Shown one piece after another: positions 48,422 to 60,904 of a DNA stretch of 64,000 nucleotides. Below the pieces are notes generated by a model that was not told where the DNA came from, searched no databases, and saw only the letters and a list, made by a program, of their open reading frames with translations. This stretch comes from Macrostomum lignano (taxonomy: Eukaryota). The translations under genes were made by a program, and so were the position numbers. The stretch lies in the NCBI GenBank assembly GCA_002269645.1, contig NIVC01001431.1, forward strand, positions 1 through 64,000, read 5' to 3'. The first letter of the stretch is position 1; the number at the start of each line of letters is the position of its first letter.

Positions 48422-49030
48422 GTGGGGATTCTTATGGGACTTCTATGGGGATTCTTATGGGACTTCTGTAGGGATTTTTATGGGACTTCTGTAGGGATTC
48501 TTATGAGACTTCTGTAGGGATTCTTGTGAGGCTTCTATGGGGATTCTTTTGGGGCTTCTATGAGGATTCTTTTTGGGACTTCTATGGGGATTTTTTTGGG
48601 ACTTCCATGGGGATTTTTTTGGGACTTCCATGGGGATTCTGTTAGGACTTCTATGGGGATTCTTATGGGACTTCTGTAGGGTTTTTTATGGAACTTCTGT
48701 CGGGATTCTTGGGACTTCTATGGGAATTCTTTTGGGATTTCTATGGGGATTCTTTTGGGATTTCTATGGGGATTCTTTTGGGATTTCTATGGGGATTCTT
48801 TTGGGATTTCTATGGGAATTATTTTGGGACTTCTGTAGGGATTCTTGTGGGACTTCTGTAGGGATTCTTATAGGACTTCTGTAGGGATTCTTATGAGACT
48901 TCTGTAGGGATTCTTATGAGACTTCTGTAGGGATTCTTATGGGACTTCTGTAGGGATTCTTATGCGACTTCTGTATTGATTCTTATGGGACTTCTGTAGG
49001 GATTCTTATGGGACTTCTGTAGGGATTCTC
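48422..49030. repeat. ~23-bp minisatellite (GGGATTCTTATGGGACTTCTGTA)n
   Basis: Tandem intronic copies. Confidence 0.93.
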
Positions 49031-49754
49031 CTTGGGATTTCCAAACAGAAAAATTAATCTTAGGCAACGGAACGAAAAATATGGAATTTTCTTAGAAAGC
49101 AAAAGTTTTTCTTAGAAACGCCACTCGCCTGCCAGTGCCCCGGCCACCGTTTCAAATGCAGGGCAGCGCAGGCGGCTCCTCGCCGTCTTCCCAGATTGCG
49201 CAGTCGCCGATGGCAGGTCAGCAGCGCGCGACGCAGCGCCGCACCTTCTGGCGAGGCGGCTGGCGCGGCGCCGGAACCAGCGACAACGCCTCGCAGTTCG
49301 GCTTTGAAGGCGCAGCAAAAGTCCGCCTGCAGTCGGCGAGCTATCGCGGCGTCGCCGTCGCCGTCGAACATGGCAAACAGGCTGCCGTCGGGCGTCGGGT
49401 AGGGCATCCGCTTGGCAACTGAGACGCTGATGATGGAGCTCGCCCGGGAGCCGGCGACCTCGGCGAGGCCGAACTGGAACGGTCCAACGCTCCTGACGGA
49501 GCCAGTCGAGCCGCGTCGCTGCGCCGTTTGCAACGGCGTCGTCGGCGGAGACAGCAGCATCAGGGTCGACTCGGCCGAGGACGCGTCGACGGTGTGGATC
49601 GGGCTGCTGCTCCTGCGTCGGCGGGGAGGGGTACGTGTAGTTCAGACTGCCTTTTTCTACTATTAGTAGACAAGTACAGATTTTTGTAAGTATTGAATAA
49701 ATTAGGCAAAAACAATCTGCTTCAATTCGGGTGTATTTTTAATGATTTTTACAC

Positions 49755-50000
49755 CTAGCAACACCATAGCAACACCATGGCAACACCATAGCAACACTAT
49801 AGCAACACCATAGCAACACCATGGCAACACCATAGCAACACCATGGCAACACCATAGCAACACTATAGCAACATCATAGCAACACTATAGCAATACCATA
49901 GAAACACTATAGCAACTCTATAGCAACATCATACATGTAGCAACACTATAGCAATACCGTAGCAACACCGTAGCAACACCGTAGCAACACCATAGCAACG
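49755..50000. repeat. 11-bp minisatellite (ATAGCAACACC)n
   Basis: Tandem copies. Confidence 0.93.
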
Positions 50001-50744
50001 GACAGAAGAGCAGCTCAGCCTGGTTCCCTGGTTTCAAATAATTTGATACTGCAGGCTCAACTGGGCTGTCGTGCAATTCACAGCCATGAGGGCGCCAACC
50101 CCCAAGGCACAGAGACTGTACACGCCTGGCGGTTAGACAGTCAAACGGCCGCCTGTACACCCTGTGTGAGCGTGTGTTTAAGTGCGCGCCTGCGTACAGT
50201 ATTGGCGCGCTTGCAGGTGCTCAGGAGCCAGCAGAACGGGCAGAATTGCCGTCAGCCCTGGCTGTGTGCATGGGACGAGTGGAAGTTTAAAGATTTGCCT
50301 AGCAACAGAAAATCTCGTTAAGTCTTTGATGCTCCGACAGCTAATTTTAGCGACTTTGAGTTTCCTGAGTTTGATAATCATTTTTATAGCAATTTCGGCA
50401 CAAAGGAAATCTGGATCATAATTCACCTAAATAAGTATTATGCGAATTCGTGAAATGCATGGAGCAAAGCAAGGTAAAAGGAAATGAAAGATATGCTGGA
50501 TTTATTGAAGGATTCGAATGATTTGAGAGATTTTCTCTGCTAAATTGAATTTCTTTAAGAGGAACAAGTTCCTATGTCTTGTAAGAATGAAAGATAATCT
50601 TGCCCTACCTGTGTGATATGTCGATCGTAGACTTCTTTCTTTGCTGGAGAACGAAAATAATTGCATTTTTGATAATTCTGACATCTGTTTGATTATTTGC
50701 TGTTTCGAGTTATAGGCCTCGGTTTGCTTGACGTCACGCATATT

Positions 50745-51740
50745 GGTCTGTTAGACAGGGAATCATCGGTTAGACAGGGAATAACCGGTTAGACAGGGAA
50801 TCACCGGTTAGACAGGGAATCACCGGTTAGACAGGGAATCACCGGTTTAAAACATGGAATCACCAGTTTTAACAGGGAATCACCGGTTAGATAGGGAATT
50901 ACCGGTTGGATAGGGAATTACCGGTTAGATAGGGAATTACCGGTTAGATAGGGAATCACCGGTTAGACAGGGAATCACCGGTTTAAAACATGGAATCACC
51001 AGTTTTAACAGGGAATCACCGGTTAGATAGGGAATTACCGGTTGGATAGGGAATTACCGGTTAGATAGGGAATTACCGGTTAGATAGGGAATCACCGGTT
51101 AGACAGGGAATTACCGGTTAGACAGGGAATCACCGGTTAGACGGGGAATCACCGGTTTAAAACATGGAATCACCAGTTTTAACAGGGAATCACCGGTTAG
51201 ATAGGGAATTACCGGTTAGATAGGGAATTACCGGTTAGATAGGGAATTACCGGTTAGATAGGGAATTACCGGTTCGATAGGGAATTACCGGTTCGATAGG
51301 GAATCACCGGTTAGACAGGGAATTACCGGTTAGATAGGGAATTACCGGTTAGATAGGGAATTACCGGTTAGATAGGGAATCACCGGTTAGACAGGGAATC
51401 ACTGGTTAGACAGGGAATCACCGGTTAGACAGGGAATCACCGGTTAGACAGAGAATCACCGGTTAGACAGAGAATCACCGGTTAGACAGGGAATCACCGG
51501 TTAGACAGGGAATCACCGGTTAGACAGAGAATCACCGGTTGGACAGGAAATCACCGGTTAGACAGTGAATCACCGGTTTAAAACATGGAATCAGTGGTTA
51601 GACAGGGAATCACCGGTTAGACAGGGAATCACCGGTTAGACAGGGAATCACCGGTTAGACAGGGAATCACCGGTTTCAAACAGGGAATCACCGGTTAGAC
51701 AGGGAATCACCGGTTTCAAACAGGGAATCACCGGTTAGAC
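50745..51740. repeat. 19-bp minisatellite (GGGAATCACCGGTTAGACA)n
   Basis: About 50 tandem copies. Confidence 0.96.
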
Positions 51741-52229
51741 ACAGGTCCAGCCCCAGGTTCCCACCTCACGGAAGCCAGGTCCTGCATAGACATTCCCATC
51801 TGCTGGTTGCAGGAGAGATCCAAGAAGCTGAGCCTGGATTCCATCAGATTGCGCACAGATCCGCTCAGTGTTGAGTTGCAGCCAACGTCAAGAGTTCGCA
51901 TTCTGGGCGAGTCGCTGAGGTCCGGTAGTTGCTGCAGGCAGTTGGAGTGAGCCCTGATCGTAACCAGGCGTTCAAGACGAGACAAAGTCGATGGCAGCGT
52001 CTTCAGCTGGTTGCCGGATATGTTCAATTCGCGAAGCTCGCAAAACTGAAGCATTGTTCTGGATGATGGGGTACGTTTGAATGCTTTTATTCTGTGGCAA
52101 ATACATGCACTGTGAGCGAAGTTAATCAAACATACTGGCAAGAACAAAGAACAGAACTTGCTTTGAATGCTTCTTTTTATGAGACATTGCGCGCTCAAAG
52201 TTCATCGGGGCAATTCTTTTTAACACCCT

Positions 52230-52885
52230 TCTAATTCCCATCAAGTAACATTATAATTTCCCTCAAACATCAGTCTTATTCCCCTCAAATACTATTTTAA
52301 TTCCACTCAAACTCCATTCTAATTCCTCTCAACACCAATTTTAAGTCACCTCACATACAATTCTTATTCTCCTCAAGTACCAGTTTAATTCCCTTCAAAT
52401 ACCATTCCAATTGCCTTCAAATACCATTCTAATTCCCCTCAAACAACATTCTAATTCCCTTCAAATACCATTCTAATTCCCCTCAAACAACATTCTAATT
52501 CCCTTTAAATACCATTCTAATTCCCCTCAAACAAAAGTCTAATTCCCCTCAAATACCATTCTAATTCCCCTCAAACAAAATTCTAGTTCCCCTCAAATAC
52601 CATTCTAATTCCCCTCAAACAACATTCTAATTCCCTTCAAATACCATTCTAATTCCCCTCAAACAACATTCTAATTCCCTTTAAATACCATTCTAATTCC
52701 CCTCAAACAAAATTCTAATTCCCCTCAAATACCATTCTAATTCCCCTCAAATACCATTATAATTCTCCTCAAACAGCATTCTAATTCCCCTCAAATTACC
52801 ATTCTAATTGCCCTCAAACACGATTCTCATTCTCCCTCAAACAGCAATATAATCCCCCTCAAATCCCATTCTAATTCCCCTCAAA
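52230..52885. repeat. 22-bp minisatellite (ATTCTAATTCCCCTCAAATACC)n
   Basis: Tandem copies, more degenerate at the left. Confidence 0.92.
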
Positions 52886-53674
52886 CACAATTCGAATCCC
52901 GCGACACACAATGTACTCAAAAGAAGCCCAGACTCACTCGTCGCTAATCTCCGTGAGCCGGTTAAACGCTAGCAGCAGAGTCCGCAGGCTGCTCCCAAAG
53001 TTCTCCGCAAGGAAGCTGACATCTGCATCGCTTAATTGGTTGAACGAAGCCGTCAAGACTTGAAGTCGATTGCCGGAATTCCTAAGCGGCAGTTTTGGCA
53101 ACTCAACGAGCTGGTTGTTGGCTAAATTCAACTCAACTAGAGCTGGCGTCAGGTGGAAAAGAGCCGCTGGTAGCCTAGTTAACTGGTTGCTATCGAGACA
53201 GAGCTCTAGCAGCTCAGTCAGACCGTTGGCAGCCTCGGCTGGCGCAGCTGGCAGCTCGGCTATCCGGTTTCGCTCCAGACGGAGGCTCTGCAACTTGGCG
53301 CAGCGCCAGATGTCGGCTGGCAGTCGGCGAATTTCATTGCCGCCGGCGTGCAGTCGGAGGAGGCTGGCTCGGCCAGACGGCCACAAACAGCCGGGCAGGC
53401 TGTCAAGGCGGTTGTCACTGACGTCGAGGCATTCGAGACGCTTCGGTGGCGGCGATATTTTTAGGCTTTGCAGCTCTGCGTTGGCGGGGATCGAGACATT
53501 GGCTTGGAGAGGTTCTTTGGAAATTGTCGATCAGCTTTGGGCAAATCCAGTTTCTCTCTAGTGACCTTGAGGAAAGACAGTCTGTTTAGTGACCTTGAGG
53601 TTAGCGAACCCCTTTCCAGTGACCTTAATGAAGGCAGTATCTCTTTAGTGACTTTGATATGAATAAAAGCCTAT

Positions 53675-54730
53675 TTAAGTCCAGTGACCTTGAGAAAAAC
53701 GAGTTTCTCCCCAGTTACCTAGAGGTAAGCGAATCTCTCTCCAGTGACCTTGAGGAAAGCCAGTTTCTCTCAAGAAACCTTGATGAGGACTTTCTTTCTT
53801 TTTGGCTTCAGCCTCATGCTCATGACCAGTCTCATGATGAGGACTTTCTTTCTTTTTAGCTTCAGCCTCATGCTCATGACCAGTCTCATGATGAGGACTT
53901 TCTTTCTTTCTGGCTTCAGCCTCGTGCTCATGACCAGGCTCATGATAAGGACTTTCTTTCTTTCTGGCTTCAGCCTCGTGCTCATGACCAGGCTTAGTTT
54001 TCGCTGGAGCTATGCGCTCCTTAATCGATCGAGTTTTTTTCATAAAATTTTTACTCAAATTCTCACTAACATAGCTCTTCAGTCATTGCGTGGCGTGATT
54101 GACAATCCTTTTTCTGACAGACGAGCACATTTCTTCGAATAGCTTGTTGCTTAGTGATTTAATTAAATTTTTAATCAATTTTATTTTTACATGTAATTCG
54201 TGTCCAATTCTTACAGGTCTTTCGTTTTCTCCTTGGTCTTGGTGTGTCTCATGCGTCATACTCTTTTCGTCGCAGATTTTTTGCAGGCGAGCAGCCAATG
54301 TTTCGCAGAACTCTGCGGATAGTCTGCTCACGCCTACTGCGCAAGCCGTTGCGTCAAAAGCTTTCAATAGCCAGTTGAAAGCACTGAAGCCTTTCGCTAA
54401 TTTCTTTTGTTGTCCAATTCTTTTATTGTCAGACAACTGGTGACTGAGCTGCTGAAGAAAGTCGAACCCATGCTTCTCCCACCCAGGTTGGTGTAAAAAA
54501 TCAGCGACTATACCGCATCCAACTGTCTCCACACAGTTTTTGGTTTCTTCAGCTGCTCTAATAGGCTCCAGCTTTTCAGTGTTCTCGTAGTAATCAAGCA
54601 ACGACATGATCGGACCATTTAGATCTGGCCCACGGAATTCCCGTGACAACTTCTTCTCAATCTCGGGCTTTGCGGCACTGGCAATTTCGTCCTGAAGTTC
54701 ATCTAGGATTTTTTCAGATGCCAAGTCCAC
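53675..54730 (-). pseudogene. Unidentified coding-like segment with an internal TGA and a His/Glu-rich repeat tail
   Basis: ORFs 54083..54730 and 53675..54058 share one frame, separated by a single TGA; four 60-bp repeats encode HEHEAEA(R/K)KKESPHHETG. Confidence 0.4.
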
Positions 54731-55664
54731 CCCAAAAGCGACTCCTTGAGAAACTATTTCTTTTAGACTAACATGTAGAAAATGGTAGACTAACGGGTAG
54801 AAAGTGGTAGACTAACATGTAAAAAATGGTAGATTAACAGGTAGAAAATGGTAGACTAACATGTAGAAAGGTAGAATTGCATGTAGAAAGTGGTAGAATT
54901 ACAGGAAAAGGTAGTAGAATTACAGATAGGAGGGGTAGAACTACAGATAGACAGCTAGAAAGTGGTAGAAGGGATGTAATTCCCCTTACAGCACAGCCGC
55001 GGACCCCCCCCCTACCTGCGCAGCCGCTCGCCGCGTTCGCCGCGTCGCAGCTCCGGGCGCGGCCGTCGATCGTCTCGCTCGCCAGCTGGCAGCGGCAGCC
55101 GAGGCGGCGGAGGCGATGACCGCGAATCTCGGCATCATCGCGGCAGCGACCGCGGCGACCGTGACCGCAGCGACCGCGGCGACCGTGACCGCAGCGACCG
55201 CGGCGACCGTGACCGCAGCGACCGCGGCGACCGTGACCGCAGCGACCGCGGCGACCGTGACCGCGGCGACCGAGACCGCGGCAGACGACGTGACGCCACC
55301 GACGAGAACGGAGGCGGCGAAGATAATAGGCGTCGCCGAGCTTCGTCGGGCTCTCCGCCGCCTCAGCATCGCTCGCCATCGCCGATGGCACCGCTGCCGC
55401 CAGCTTCAGGCCGCGACAACTACGACGACGAGGACAATGATCGCCGTGGCGCCGCCTCGATGTCGCGCTCGCCGTCGCGCTCTCGTTCGCCGTCTCGTTC
55501 TCGTTCGCGCTCGCGTTCTCGCTCCGGTTCGCGCTGAGTGCCTGAATTCTTCGAACTTTTGTCGTTTGGTTTGTAACTGACCTGCGGGGCTTGTGGCTGC
55601 TTTTACAGGAATTTAAACTGAATTTTTTAATGTTTGCTGTTCATTTCTCAAAGTTTTATAGTAG

Positions 55665-56770
55665 GCTGTCAGACTGTCAGAGCGAGATTCCAGACTGTCA
55701 GGGTGAGATTCCAGCCTGTCAGAGTGAGATTCCAGTCTGTTAGAGTGAGATTCCAGACTGTCAGGGTAAGATTCCAAACTGTCATAGTGAGATTCCAGAC
55801 TGTCAGGCTGAGATTCCAGACTGTCAGGCTGAGATTCCAGACTGTCAGGGTGAGATTCCAGACTGTCAGGGTGAGATTCCAGACTGTCAGGGTAAGATTC
55901 CAAACTGTCATAGTGAGATTCCAGACTGTCAGGGTGAGATTCCAGACTGTCAGGGTGAGATTCCAGACTGTCAGGGTGAGATTCCAGACTGTCAGGGTGA
56001 GATTCCAGACTGTCAGGGTGAGATTCCAGACTGTCAGGGTGAGATTCCAGACTGTCAGGGTGAGATTCCAGACTGTCAGGGTGAGATTCCAGACTGTCAG
56101 GGTGAGATTCCAGACTGTCAGGGTAAGATTCCAAACTGTCATAGTGAGATTCCAGACTGTCAGGCTGAGATTCCAGACTGTCAAGTTGAGATTCCAAACT
56201 GTCAGAGGGAGATTCCAGTCTGTTATAGTGAGATTCCAGTCTGTCAGAGTGAGATTCCAAACTGTCAGGGGTGAGATTCCAAACTGTCAGGGGTGAGATT
56301 CCAAACTGTCAGGGTAAGATTCCAGTCTGTCAGAGTGAGATTCCAAACTGTCAGGGGTGAGATTCCAAACTGTCAAGGGTGAGATTCCAGACTGTCAGGG
56401 TAAGATTCCAAACTGTCTTAGTGAGATTCCAGACTGTCAGGCTGAGATTCCAGACTGTCAGGGTGAGATTCCAGACTGTCAGGGTGAGATTCCAGACTGT
56501 CAGAGTGAGATTCCAGACTGTCAGGGTGAGATTCCAGACTGTCAGGGTGAGATTCCAAACTGTCAGAGTGAGATTCCAGTCTGTTAAAGTGAGATTCCAG
56601 TCTGTCAGAGTGAGATTCCAAACTGTCAGGGGTGAGATTCCAAACTGTCAGGGGTGAGATTCCAAACTGTCAGGGATGAGATTCCAAACTGTCAGGGATG
56701 AGATTCCAAACTGTCAGGGGTGAGATTCCAAACTGTCAGGGGTGAGATTCCAAACTGTCAGGGGTGAGAT
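55665..56770. repeat. 21-bp minisatellite (GTGAGATTCCAGACTGTCAGG)n
   Basis: About 50 tandem copies. Confidence 0.96.
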
Positions 56771-57689
56771 AAATTGTTAGGCAGACTTTTGGAATCATTA
56801 AATTAGAAAAAAATTACTTGAAAGTTTCCCTAGTACTGATATAATTTAAATATTGCTTTGTTAAGCCAGGCCCTGCCTGAGCAGTGTCTAATATTGACTC
56901 ATCGACTCATTACCTGCGTACATTCTGCACTAACTAATTCAACTAGGGTGGACATTCTTTGTTGTTGTAAAAAATTAATTAAAAGACCGGCGGTTATCGC
57001 CTTTATGTACGAGTTTTCTAATTAGGGTAATTACTAGTTGTTTCCATAAATAGTAACTATAATATCACCCTCATCTGTTCTGTTTTTTATAACTATTTTT
57101 GTAAACAAACATAAATAAAGTATCTCAATATATATTTGTCTGTATGTGTGTGTGTGTGTTAATGTTAATGTTTTCAGTTTTACGAGTATTTTGTTGTTGT
57201 CTTTGTAACAAAATTAACAGTGAGGTCTTGTGTTGCACAGTTTCACTGGTTTTTAATCATATAATAATAATATTCGTATAATAGTAATATTATAGCAAGT
57301 TCAGTCTAGCAGCTAATCATAATGTATTGCACTTTTCTTTCTTGCTCTGATAATTCAACTCTACTCTAATAAATAAACCATCTGTTTAAAAGGAGAAACA
57401 AAAAATCTGTAACATTTCAAGCACAGTTTAAATAATTACCAGTTGGAAATCTGTTTTGTAATGTTTGTTTATTTTTGTTACTTTTTTCTACTTGAGTATG
57501 CGTATTGATATAATATATAATTCAATGTAAAGTGGTTAGGCAGTAATACAATAAAATTAGCGACTTTTACTACTAAGTAGTAATATAACTTAACTTTGTC
57601 CCTAATTAAGTGAGTTGATGCTAACTTAAACGAACTGATTAATTAACACGTAAGGGGTAAGGGGTGCTATCTTAGAGAGGGCAGAGGGA

Positions 57690-58995
57690 ACGGTGCTAGA
57701 GGGGAGAAAGGGGACAGGGCTAGAGGGGAGCAGGGGTGCTAGAGGGAAGCAGGGATGCTAGAGGGAAGCAGGGGTGCTAGAGGGGTACAGAGGGCTAGAG
57801 GGGAGCAGGGGTGCTAGAGGGGTACAGAGGGCTAGAGGGGAGCAGGGGTGCTAGAGGGGGACAGGGCTAGAGGGGAGCAGGGGTGCTAGAGGGGAGCAGG
57901 GGTGCTAGAGGGGAGCAGGGGTGCTATCTGGGGACAGAGGGCTAGAGGGGAGCAGGGGTGCTATCTGGGGACAGAGGGCTAGAGGGGAGCAGGGGTGCTA
58001 GAGGGGGACAGAGGGCTAGAGGGGAGCAGGAGTGCTATCTGGGGACAGAGGGCTAGAGGGGAGCAGGGGTGCTATCTGGGGACAGAGGGCTAGAGGGGAG
58101 CAGGGGTGCTAGAGGGGAGCAGGGGTGCTATCTGGGGACAGAGGGCTAGAGGGGAGCAGGGGTGCTAGAGGGGAGCAGGGGTGCTATCTGGGGACAGAGG
58201 GCTAGAGGGGAGCAGGGGTGCTATCTGGGGACAGAGGGCTAGAGGGGAGCAGGGGTGCTATCTGGGGACAGAGGGCTAGAGGGGAGCAGGGGTGCTATCT
58301 GGGGACAGAGGGCTAGAGGGGAGCAGGGGTGCTATCTGGGGACAGAGGGCTAGAGGGGAGCAGGGGTGCTATCTGGGGACAGAGGGCTAGAGGGGAGCAG
58401 GGGTGCTATCTGGGGACAGAGGGCTAGAGGGGAGCAGGGGTGCTAGAGGGGAGCAGGGGTGCTATCTGGGGACAGAGGGCTAGAGGGGAGCAGGGGTGCT
58501 AGAGGGGAGCAGGGGTGCTATCTGGGGACAGAGGGCTAGAGGGGAGCAGGGGTGCTATCTGGGGACAGAGGGCTAGAGGGGAGCAGGGGTGCTATCTGGG
58601 GACAGAGGGCTAGAGGGGAGCAGGGGTGCTATCTGGGGACAGAGGGCTAGAGGGGAGCAGGGGTGCTATCTGGGGACAGAGTGCTAGAGGGGAGCAGGGG
58701 TGCTATCTGGGGACAGAGGGCTAGAGGGGAGCAGGGGTGCTAGAGGGGAGCAGGGGTGCTATCTGGGGACAGAGGGCTAGAGGGGAGCAGGGGTGCTATC
58801 TGGGGACAGAGGGCTAGAGGGGAGCAGGGGTGCTAGAGGGGGACAGAGGGCTAGAGGGGAGCAGGGGTGCTATCTGGGGACAGAGGGCTAGAGGGGAGCA
58901 GGGGTGCTATCTGGGGACAGAGGGCTAGAGGGGAGCAGGGGTGCTAGAGGGGGACAGAGGGCTAGAGGGGAGCAGGGGTGCTAGAGGAGGACCTG
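57690..58995. repeat. G-rich minisatellite (GGGGAGCAGGGGTGCTATCTGGGGACAGAGGGCTAGA-type)
   Basis: Tandem 19/38-bp modules. Confidence 0.95.
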
Positions 58996-60904
58996 CTAGA
59001 GGGCTCAAGCGTGTTAGATGGGTTGAGACGACACATGGGCTAGGATACTCGTATGATGGAATGTCCTCGTATGGTTTAGACGAGAATGACTGTCTATGGC
59101 AGTCACGAGCCAATAGGAAGGAACAGGGGGGAAGGGGTGCTAAAAGTGAAGATTGAGCGAAGCAAAAATAACTTGCTCAGATTAGCACTCCATTCTATTC
59201 TTTCCTCCATGGCCGAGGCCTGGAACAAGTCCGAAGGTTATGCTTTAGACCATAGACTAATATAAATGAAAATAATTTATTTATACCCCAGTTTTTGCCA
59301 TGTTAACATAGGAAATTTTAATAATGTCGATTTGATGCAGTTCTCGAAAAGACTGGATTGGGTATTTATGATTGAATGAGTGATTGTCTGTAGGTCTACT
59401 TGATCTCTTTAATTTTTATCTGCAACATTTTTGAGTTATTTGCAACACGAGCGACGTATAGTATATAGAAGACAGCATCGGTTTTGAGTCACTAAGTCTT
59501 GCTGAAATCGTAGCTGTCTTGAGTGACTTATTACCCTTTGGCTCCCCCAACCGACTACAGCGAAGATGAGTAGAGACTCAACGAGATGATTGTGTCTGTT
59601 GTGGAATGTGTGTTTGTGGATAGTAGAAATCCTTTGATCGCAGCTTTTCCAGATAGCTCCAGGATTTCTAGCCTTTTCGCACCGGAGCTAGAAATACAAA
59701 AGCTCCGTTCCTGCCGGCATGGTCAGCTGGGCTGGCCATAGACTATAGCTAGAATCTAATTAATGCGCCACTGTGCAAAGCCTTTCCAGCCGAGAAGGGA
59801 ACATTTTATACTCGGCTTGGACAAATCTAGTGTCGAAAAAAGCAGTTTCAAAGTGCATTTCTCCGAATAGATTATTCAGTGTGTACACTCGATATCTGGC
59901 TATAGACACTACAGTTCACTTTAAAACAGGCCTTTGAAGTGAGCACTAGTTTAGTGTTAGGTGCCCCTTTGTCAGCTGTGCCCTGCGCCCTCCTGAGCTG
60001 TTGGCTGCCGCTGGCCGCAGCTCTCCCTCCCTCTCTCCCTCTCCCGCTCTCTCCCTCTCCCGCTCCTCTCTCTCCCTCTCCCTCCCTCGTTGTCCTTTTG
60101 TCTGCCTGCGCTCCCTTTTGTCCCCCCTTTTTCCGGTTCGTTTGCGTTCCCAGCGTCTGAGCTTCTCCGCTCAGCCTGTCCTTGTTTCATTCTTTGTCTG
60201 TCTCCATCCCCCCTTTTTGTGTGGCTGCGTTCTCTTGGCTCGAGTCCAGCCAGTTCTGGCTGTACTCTCTCTGTCTGGCCGTACGGAAGCGGATCACGTG
60301 CCCCGGCGCTCTGTCCTTTTCTTGCGCTGCCTTGTGCAATCTCGGGTGTCAGGCTCTAAATTAGGAATGGCGTCCGTGCCTCTCAAATTGAGGGTTCCGC
60401 GCCTGTTTCTAAAAATAGAACTGAATCACGCCAGATTGGGGGCAGTGAGAGCGACCTTGCGCACTCTGGCGCAATGGGGTGTTGCACGGTGTGGTGAAAT
60501 CGATCCGCTACCCTATAAGTACGGGCCTCTCGTGCCTCTGTTTGCAGTTTATGGCCGCCCGTTAGCGGAGCCCATCCCACGCTAAAAATAGCCCGTTAGC
60601 GGGGTCCGCCCCACGGTGGGGTGGGCTCCCTTAGCGCGGGCCAGCCCACAATTATTAGGATATGCCATTACGGGGCTGTGGAGAAGCAGACTCCAGAACT
60701 TGACTCGCATTGGTTGTCAAGATACATGGCACTAATTCAAAAAAGAAAAAAAACTCTTTTTTCGGCTCCATTGCGTGAGAACTAAATGCAATGACCTTGC
60801 CAGGGCGCTAAAATGGGCGCCGAAAGGCTAAAATTGGCGCCGGTAAATTAAAATTGGCGCCCAAAAGTAGCAAGCTGATATATGCTGCCACTTCTACGCC
60901 CGTT

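Larger units (their letters stand above)
24852..53480 (-). pseudogene. PHLPP: PHLPP-like host gene (LRR + PP2C phosphatase), disrupted copy
   Basis: Exons ~53480-52938 and 52058-~51770 encode LRRs (e.g. LNISGNQL...IRAHSNC). PP2C exons: ~49660-49129 (GLAEVAG...LFAMFDGD), 48399-48210 (VTAANAG...VTDDGRVNG), a split exon 47670-47630 + 46352-46266 + 35675-35583 (CTRILG*SSLHP..VVPDP..LVLANRGLW...AAAKRLVDLAQ) and 25664-24852 (SHGSSGNICVLIVKI). It has a premature TAG at 47649-47651 and two transposon insertions in one exon. The 5' exons were not identified. Confidence 0.9.

Noticed and set aside
55613-56657. (LESHPDS)n and (VRFQTVR)n ORFs
   Set aside because: By-products of a 21-bp tandem repeat.
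59245-59760. Recurrent CCATAGACTA motif (also ~25850 and ~44110) as ends of a Helitron or MITE
   Set aside because: It recurs, but I could not pair the ends or find a TSD, so no element can be delimited.
59940-60600. LTR or 5' leader of another retroelement
   Set aside because: Starts with TGTTAGG and is pyrimidine-rich, but no partner LTR, TSD, PBS or retroelement ORF is visible.
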